From contig CAJQLY010000002.1 of the NCBI GenBank assembly GCA_905479295.1, positions 118,887-182,886 on the forward strand: DNA of 64,000 bases, written 5' to 3'. Each line of letters opens with the position of its first letter. Within the stretch, counting starts at the first letter, position 1. Under the pieces are notes generated by a model. The model worked only from the letters and a program-made list of their open reading frames with translations, made no database searches and had not been told where the DNA came from. The translations under genes were made by a program, and so were the position numbers. Below, piece by piece: positions 60,442 through 64,000 of the stretch. Origin of the DNA: an uncultured Gammaproteobacteria bacterium. Its GTDB lineage: Bacteria; Pseudomonadota; Gammaproteobacteria; UBA4575.

Positions 60442-60903
60442 CTACTGTTTAGCTGAGAAGTGTTTACTCAGGTATCTATCTAATTCGTTTGCAAAGGATT
60501 TTCGGTCGGTTTGTCCGTAAGGGGCTTGGCCACCTGACTGGATACCACTGCCACGCAAGGTATCCATGAAGTCACGCATGCTGAGTATCGATTTGATGGT
60601 GTTCGCTGTGTACATCTCACCACGTGGGTTTAATGCAGCTGCATTTTTCTCAATGACTTCAGCAGCTAAGGGAATATCACTAGTAATTACCAGATCACCA
60701 GCAGTCACTTGCCTTACAATCTCATCATCTGCTACATCAAAGCCATCAGGAACCTGTAGCATTTTGATATTGCTTAGTCGCGGTTTATTAATAGCTTGAT
60801 TGGCGACTAAAATAACTTCAACACCAGTACGTTCTGCTGCACGAAATAGAATATCTTTGGCAGGTACTGGGCATGCATCTGCATCTACCCAAATCTTCAT
60901 CAT
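60442..60903 (-). CDS. yaiI: YaiI/YqxD family protein (UPF0178)
   Basis: 153 aa with the family hallmark [12 protein letters not shown]. Confidence 0.85.
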   Translation of the reverse strand: MMKIWVDADACPVPAKDILFRAAERTGVEVILVANQAINKPRLSNIKMLQVPDGFDVADDEIVRQVTAGDLVITSDIPLAAEVIEKNAAALNPRGEMYTANTIKSILSMRDFMDTLRGSGIQSGGQAPYGQTDRKSFANELDRYLSKHFSAKQ

Positions 60904-60918
60904 TAAGGCCTGAGTAAG

Positions 60919-62511
60919 TTATTGATCATCAACAGTAAGTAGGTATTCATCATAGGTACCATGAAAATTAATCATTTTCTTATCCTTGATTTCAACGATA
61001 TGAGTGGCTAATGAGGAAACGAATTCACGGTCATGGCTGACAAAAATTAGTGTTCCCTCATAATTCGCTAGGGCAAGGTTGAGTGCTTCGATTGATTCCA
61101 TATCTAAATGATTGGTTGGCTCATCCATAATCAGGACATTGGTTTCCAACATCATCAGTTTTCCAAATAGTAGGCGATTCTTTTCACCGCCTGAGCAGAC
61201 TGCTGCCTTCTTGTTGAAATCATCAGTTGAAAACAATAAGCGACCAAGAGTTGCACGTACAATCTCTTCATTATGATGAGGTTTACGCCATTGACTCATC
61301 CAGTCAAATAGATTCATGTCATGATCAAAATCGTTATTACTATCTTGAGGGCAATAGCCTAAGGTCGCATTTTCTGACCATTTAATGACGCCAGTATTAG
61401 CCTTTAATTCGTCTATTAAGCAACGTAGAAAAGTACTTTTTCCAGTGCCGTTCTCACCAATAACAGCCATGCGACTACCAGCTTCAATGATGAATCCACC
61501 ATCACTGAATAGAGTCTCATCATCATAGCCATGACTGAGTTTTTCTACTGTTAGGGCTTGGCGTTGTATCTTCTTACTTTGCGTAAAGCGAATAAACGGA
61601 TTGACACGGCTTGACGGTTTGATGTCTTCGAGTTTTATCTTCTCGATTTGCTTGGCACGTGAAGTAGCCTGTTTTGCCTTTGATGCATTTGCTGAAAAAC
61701 GGCTGACAAATTGCTGTAGATCAGCAATCTGTGCCTTTTTCTTTGCATTCTCATTCTGTGAATGTTCGCGTACAGCGGTTGAAGCAATCATGAAATCATC
61801 ATAGTTGCCTGGGTAAACGCGTAATTCACCAAAATCCATATCTGCAATATGGGTGCAGACGGAGTTCAGGAAGTGTCTATCATGAGAGATGATGATAATA
61901 GTGCTTTTACGTTCAACAATAACGTTTTCTAACCAACGGATGGTGTGGATATCTAAGTTATTGGTTGGCTCATCAAGTAATAGAATATCTGGATCAGCAA
62001 ACAAAGCCTGTGCTAATAGTACGCGTAACTTCCAACCGGGAGCGACTTCACTCATTGGCCCACTATGGAATGATTCGGCGATGCCGGCACTCATTAGTAG
62101 TTCACCAGCACGACTGTCCGCACTATAGCCATCTAATTCAGCAAATTCGACCTCAAGGTCAGCGACTTTCATGCCATCTTCATCGCTCATCTCGGGTAAT
62201 GAATAAATGCGATCTCGTTCTTTTTTGACTTCCCATAAGCGACTATGCCCCATGATTACTGTGTCGACTACGTTATAGTCTTCAAAGGCAAATTGATCTT
62301 GGTGTAATTTACCAACACGCTCATTTGGTGTGATTGAGACATTGCCTGCACTGGGTGCAAGTGTGCCATCCAGAATCTTCATGAAAGTGGATTTACCACA
62401 ACCATTGGCACCGATCAGGCCATAACGATTACCTTCTCCAAACTTTACTGAGATGTCTTCAAATAAAGGTTTGGCGCCAAATTGCATAGTGATGTTTGCA
62501 GTAGAGATCAA
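60919..62511 (-). CDS. ybiT: ABC-F family ATPase, YbiT-like
   Basis: 530 aa with two ABC cassettes (GANGCGKST / GENGTGKST; LSGG-type CSGGEKNR). Collinear with my recollection of E. coli YbiT along its whole length. Confidence 0.9.
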   Translation of the reverse strand: MISTANITMQFGAKPLFEDISVKFGEGNRYGLIGANGCGKSTFMKILDGTLAPSAGNVSITPNERVGKLHQDQFAFEDYNVVDTVIMGHSRLWEVKKERDRIYSLPEMSDEDGMKVADLEVEFAELDGYSADSRAGELLMSAGIAESFHSGPMSEVAPGWKLRVLLAQALFADPDILLLDEPTNNLDIHTIRWLENVIVERKSTIIIISHDRHFLNSVCTHIADMDFGELRVYPGNYDDFMIASTAVREHSQNENAKKKAQIADLQQFVSRFSANASKAKQATSRAKQIEKIKLEDIKPSSRVNPFIRFTQSKKIQRQALTVEKLSHGYDDETLFSDGGFIIEAGSRMAVIGENGTGKSTFLRCLIDELKANTGVIKWSENATLGYCPQDSNNDFDHDMNLFDWMSQWRKPHHNEEIVRATLGRLLFSTDDFNKKAAVCSGGEKNRLLFGKLMMLETNVLIMDEPTNHLDMESIEALNLALANYEGTLIFVSHDREFVSSLATHIVEIKDKKMINFHGTYDEYLLTVDDQ

Positions 62512-62781
62512 AACAGAGGCCTTAAAATATAATAGGGATACGAGGTATCATTTCTTGAATATTCGACGAATTTAACTGCTCGAATAACGAGGAGCTTTCG
62601 CCGAGCAAGATGATAGCAAAATAAAGGCAGGCAGAGGCATTTAATCTCTATAGTTGGCTTAGTCGAAAAGTTGAGAATTGACCGAGATAAGACTGGATTT
62701 AGTGTTAAGACATCGTGAGAGAAGAAGGCCGTGTTCTTATAGGCGCCAGCTATGATTAGCCAAGGAATGTCATAAAAAGAC

Positions 62782-62812
62782 AATAAGTGAGGGCCATATA
62801 TCCTCACTTATT
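62782..62812 (-). terminator. orphan intrinsic-terminator-like hairpin in a long intergenic region
   Basis: Perfect 11-bp inverted repeat aataagtgagg / cctcacttatt with a 9-nt loop. On the minus strand it is followed by gtctttttat. No annotated minus-strand gene lies upstream of it. Confidence 0.45.
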
Positions 62813-62962
62813 AGATGGTAGATGATCAAAATTTAAATAGTTAAAGCTTTAGACATTCCATTGATAGGCTTCTTCACCTGCGATGGTAAAAAACAGCCAG
62901 ACATCAATCAATAAAGTGACTAAGAAGGCCAGGGAGCTACCCAGTGCCCAGAAGACTTACTG

Positions 62963-63601
62963 ATGCTTGATGCGTCTATTAGTAAGTATAAAACCCTATA
63001 TAAGGCTGATGCGATCTTTCACCAAGGTACTGAATCGAGTTGTATTTATGCGATACGTTCAGGAGCAGTGCGGACCTACACCACGGCAAAAAATGGTGAT
63101 CAACAGACCTTAGGCTTTCATTTGCCAGGAGATATTCTTGGGTTGAATGGTTTAGATAATAAGATTCATAGCTGTTCTGGTGTAACACTCGCTACATCGA
63201 CGATCTGTGAAATTCCCATCAAAACACTACACATGCTCTGTATTAAAATGCCCGGTTTGCAAAGGCAGTTGTTGCGTGTGCTAGGCGAAGAGATCAGTAA
63301 GGATTACACCATGCTGCTAATGTTGGCACGATGTAATGCCGATCAAAAGCTAGCTATATTCTTCACTAACCTCTCTGAGAGGTTTGGAAAACGTGGGTTT
63401 TCTACACGCGAATTTGAACTAACGATGACCCGTAGTGAAATAGCGAACTACCTAGGTTTGGCCGATGAGACCATCAGTCGCTTAATTGCACGATTCAAGG
63501 ATAAGAAGCTGATTCAGGTGCAGAGAAAAAGCATTAAAATTATAGCGAAACAACGCATGATTGAAATCGCTGAAGGGGAGTGCACTTTAGATGAGGTTTA
63601 G
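62963..63601 (+). CDS. Crp/Fnr family transcriptional regulator, FNR-like but without N-terminal Cys cluster
   Basis: Collinear with FNR from the cNMP-like barrel (IYAIRSGAV..YT....G..Q..GFHLPGDILG) to the HTH (MTRSEIANYLGLADETISRLIARF, E--SR helix). The ICEIP Cys is retained. No CxxxCxxC region is present. Confidence 0.85.
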   Translation: MLDASISKYKTLYKADAIFHQGTESSCIYAIRSGAVRTYTTAKNGDQQTLGFHLPGDILGLNGLDNKIHSCSGVTLATSTICEIPIKTLHMLCIKMPGLQRQLLRVLGEEISKDYTMLLMLARCNADQKLAIFFTNLSERFGKRGFSTREFELTMTRSEIANYLGLADETISRLIARFKDKKLIQVQRKSIKIIAKQRMIEIAEGECTLDEV

Positions 63602-63662
63602 CCGTAGTAGTTAGGCTGTATGTCTAAGCCAGAATTTATATTTGCTTCGTTATTACAAGCGT

Positions 63663-64000
63663 TTAAACGTACTCGCGTCTCACATGGGCTGCGATACGGC
63701 AGAGTAATTCATATGTAATGGTGTTAGCAGCTTCAGCAATATCGGCTACTGGAACATCGTCTCCCCAGAGTTCTATGTGTTCACCAATCTCGCAATCACA
63801 ATCACTCAGATCAATAGTGATCATATCCATGGAGACACGACCTAGTACATCACAGAGATGACCTCGTACGCTGACTGGGACTGTTTTTTCTAAGCTACGT
63901 GGATAGCCATCAGCATAGCCCATAGCTACGATGCCTATACGCATGTTCTGTGGGCAGGTATAGCTACCACCATAACCGATACGGTCGCCTTGCTTGACCT
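63663..64000 (-). CDS. alr: alanine racemase, C-terminal part (gene runs off the window)
   Basis: GYADGYPR and GRVSMDMITIDL motifs. The ORF is open to the window edge (…GDRIGYGGSY upstream of the listed Met). Confidence 0.85.
   Translation of the reverse strand, partial: VKQGDRIGYGGSYTCPQNMRIGIVAMGYADGYPRSLEKTVPVSVRGHLCDVLGRVSMDMITIDLSDCDCEIGEHIELWGDDVPVADIAEAANTITYELLCRIAAHVRREYV

Noticed and set aside
60400-60460. Search for a third copy of the tRNA-Met 3' end that would mark the right edge of an island containing the operon.
   Set aside because: Nothing resembling ggttcgagtcc...catagcc was seen by eye between the last vWA gene and yaiI. The island boundary therefore remains unproven.
62508-62807. 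99-aa minus-strand ORF upstream of ybiT.
   Set aside because: No signal, motif or plausible start context. It overlaps the ybiT start and spans a region that looks non-coding (AT-rich, with a hairpin).

Overview
This 64-kb chromosomal segment has typical gammaproteobacterial housekeeping content and synteny. It carries ilvD, ppa, an Fbp-type Fe3+ ABC transporter, glnE-ilvE, tolC, thiC, msrA, pdxH, ptrB, greB, metY and rnd. It also carries mreBCD opposite gatCAB, hemA-prfA-prmC, and TPR-lolB-ispE-tRNA-Gln-prs-rplY-pth-ychF-tRNA-Met. I support about 70 protein genes and two functional tRNAs. I found no rRNA, CRISPR array or intact mobile element.

The one clearly accessory stretch starts directly after tRNA-Met at 50.25 kb. 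First comes about 1.1 kb of decayed DNA: an integrase N-terminal stub and an autotransporter relic with an in-frame stop. This is closed by a degenerate second copy of the tRNA. An MgtC-like gene follows, then a tightly coupled 8-gene plus-strand operon at 52.1-60.4 kb.

That operon encodes:
- an acidic secreted protein
- a lipoprotein
- a membrane-anchored helical protein
- a PEGA-repeat protein ending in a Cys-less FGE/SUMF1 fold
- an unannotated 40-aa peptide
- a MotA/TolQ/ExbB channel
- two paralogous proteins that fuse an ExbD/TolR-type Asp-bearing transmembrane helix to a coiled coil and a periplasmic vWA domain

It does not match Ton, Tol-Pal, Mot, Bat, Zorya or Gld as those systems are defined. 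It is my best candidate for an undescribed ion-driven envelope machine.

Smaller oddities:
- a YheT-like hydrolase whose conserved 88 N-terminal codons have no canonical start (TAATT overlap with the metY stop)
- a PA2778-type peptidase with Ser at the expected nucleophile Cys
- a DsrC-like protein lacking the terminal Cys
- an FNR-like regulator lacking the N-terminal Cys cluster
- an orphan terminator in a 450-bp intergenic region
- thiC without a recognisable THI-box

All calls come from reading the ORF translations and the DNA by eye. No searches or computations were run.
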